Origin: Gemmatimonadales bacterium
GTDB taxonomy: Bacteria > Gemmatimonadota > Gemmatimonadetes > Gemmatimonadales > GWC2-71-9
Length of the DNA: 64,000 nt
NCBI GenBank assembly: GCA_035574255.1
Contig: DATLYZ010000031.1
Location: 142,197 to 206,196 of the forward strand
Direction of reading: 5' to 3'
Under the pieces are notes generated by a model, which saw only the letters and a program-made list of their open reading frames with translations, had not been told where the DNA came from and ran no database searches. Below, piece by piece: positions 62,699 to 64,000 of this stretch. How positions within the stretch are numbered: position 1 is the first letter of the stretch; every line of letters starts with the position of its first letter. The translations under genes and the position numbers were made by a program.

Positions 62699-64000
62699 GT
62701 GATCGTCATTGCGCCGACCCGGGCCGCCTGCGAGACCATCGAGCTTGCCTTCGGGCTCCGGCTCGAAACCCTGCTCGAGCGCGAGCACGGGGAGGAGATC
62801 CGGGCGCTCGCTTCGAGCGGCCAGGGGTTCGGCATCGTGGCCGGCACCGGGACCGGGAAGACGCTCGCCATCCGGCCCATCGCGGAGGCCATCCTCCAGG
62901 AGCCGCTCCGGGTAGGGGTCGTCAACCGGGAACGGGAAGCGACGCCGGAGACGCCCACCTGGAACGTGGTCATCGTGACCACCGGCATCGCGCGGCGGTG
63001 GTTCGAGGACGACCTCATCACCGGCCGCGACACGCTGGTGGTGGACGAGATCCATCAGACCTCCGCCGAACTGGAACTCTGCCTCGCGCTGGGCAAGCGG
63101 GCCGGATGCCGGTTCATCTGGCTTTCGGCCACGGTGGATCCGTCGTTCTACGCGCGCTACCTGGGAAGCGCCGAGGTCCTGGAAACGACTGCGTTCGATC
63201 CGGCGCTGCGGGCCAGGGTGAAGGTGCTGCAGAAGACCGCGCCCGAGTTTCTCGACGACCGGTTCATCCGCCACGTGATCCGGGAGCGCCGCGGTGTCGC
63301 GGTCTTCGTCCCGACCCGGGCCGAGGTGGAACAGCTGGCCAAGGCGCTGGGGGAACGCTGGCCCCGGCTCACCGCGGCGTTCTACCACGGCGGCGAGCCG
63401 ATCCGGGTCATCCGGCCCTTCCTCGAGGGCGATGCGCAGCGGCCCTTCCTGCTCGCGATGACGGCGGCCGGGCAGTCGGCCCTGAACATCCGGGGCCTGG
63501 ACACCGTGGTCATCTATGACGCCCGCTATCACAATGTGGTCGAGCGCGGCCGCAACGTGCTGCACCGCCTCTATCTCGGCGCCAACGAGATCCTTCAGAT
63601 GGCGGGCCGGGTGCATGGGCGGGTGCCGAACGGCGAGGTGTTCATTCTGACCGATCGGGATCTCGTTTTCGAGGAGCTGCGACCCACGCCGCCGGAGTTT
63701 CAGCTCGCGGGCGACGCGGAGCGGGTGGCGATCACCTGCGCCGCGCTGGGGGTGGACGCCTCCGATCTCGACCTCCCGGTACCGCTGGATCGGGGCGCGT
63801 ATCGCCGGGCGGTCGCGCTCCTCACCGAGCGCGGGCTGATCGAAGGGGGGCGCCTGACGAAGTACGGGCGAGAGGTCGAGGCGATGCCGGTCGAGCGGCC
63901 CTGGGGCGAACTCCTGGTGCACGCGGAGAGCGACCTCATCCCGATCGTCGCGGTGTGCTCCAATATCGAATCGCTCCACCGGATGACGCGCGAGGAGCGG
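62699..64000 (+). CDS. DExH-box helicase (3' end beyond window; 5' end uncertain)
   Basis: Open frame from at least 62550 to the window edge, not listed in the ORF track. Walker A AGTGTGKT, motif II VVDEIH, motif III LSAT, ..AMTAAGQSALNI.., ..QMAGRVHG.. (motif VI). Candidate GTG starts at 62699 or 62624. Confidence 0.7.
   Translation, partial: MIVIAPTRAACETIELAFGLRLETLLEREHGEEIRALASSGQGFGIVAGTGTGKTLAIRPIAEAILQEPLRVGVVNREREATPETPTWNVVIVTTGIARRWFEDDLITGRDTLVVDEIHQTSAELELCLALGKRAGCRFIWLSATVDPSFYARYLGSAEVLETTAFDPALRARVKVLQKTAPEFLDDRFIRHVIRERRGVAVFVPTRAEVEQLAKALGERWPRLTAAFYHGGEPIRVIRPFLEGDAQRPFLLAMTAAGQSALNIRGLDTVVIYDARYHNVVERGRNVLHRLYLGANEILQMAGRVHGRVPNGEVFILTDRDLVFEELRPTPPEFQLAGDAERVAITCAALGVDASDLDLPVPLDRGAYRRAVALLTERGLIEGGRLTKYGREVEAMPVERPWGELLVHAESDLIPIVAVCSNIESLHRMTREER

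Noticed and set aside
62576-63979. 467-aa minus-strand ORF as the gene at the right end
   Set aside because: The opposite strand encodes an ordered set of DExH helicase motifs. The minus-strand product has none and is Arg/Asp/Pro/Gly-biased.
1-64000. Mobile elements, prophage, defence systems, rRNA or tRNA genes
   Set aside because: No integrase, transposase, phage structural, restriction, Cas or toxin-antitoxin signatures were recognised in any frame. The few non-coding gaps longer than 150 nt (10246-10429, 20466-20975, 46160-47119, 53955-54325) do not show tRNA-like cloverleaf arms by eye. A tRNAscan/Infernal run would be needed to exclude small RNAs.

Overview
Very GC-rich (by eye about 70%) bacterial chromosomal window, densely coding, about 60 genes. 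No rRNA, tRNA, CRISPR array, transposase or integrase was recognised. Coordinates of CDS starts were derived from the ORF track by codon arithmetic; coordinates of hairpins and repeats may be off by 1-2 nt. (1) 1-14.5 kb holds housekeeping and envelope genes: the lon 3' end, a translationally coupled TrmB-like / HPt-REC-GGDEF / TetR operon, an M28 peptidase, an alpha/beta hydrolase, a DUF4015-type glycosidase, an OmpA-like protein with thrombospondin-3 repeats, pfk, prolyl oligopeptidase and a DoxX protein. (2) 14.5-54 kb is one contiguous methylotrophy island. It contains a lanthanide-type PQQ methanol dehydrogenase xoxF with xoxJ, xoxG, a YVTN beta-propeller and an exported pentapeptide-repeat protein. 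It also contains a near-complete set of tetrahydromethanopterin (H4MPT) and methanofuran (MFR) biosynthesis genes, plus mch, mtdB and fae. Finally it contains two paralogous formyl-MFR enzyme sets: one Fwd-like that keeps FwdD and the Cys-His metal-ligand motif, and one Fhc-like that has lost them. (3) 54-64 kb holds a hybrid histidine kinase, a chaperone/usher-like operon with two DUF4402-type subunits, and a DExH helicase fragment. Three things are invisible in the ORF track. First, a SelW/Rdx-type selenoprotein with an in-frame TGA (10429..10653). Second, FwdD homology that continues upstream of its first ATG with no start codon and is in frame, across a single TAG, with an FprA-type NADPH flavoprotein (40512..42281). 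Third, the helicase that runs off the right edge. A 0.8-kb mosaic array of hairpin repeats fills the divergent promoter region at 46.3-47.1 kb.
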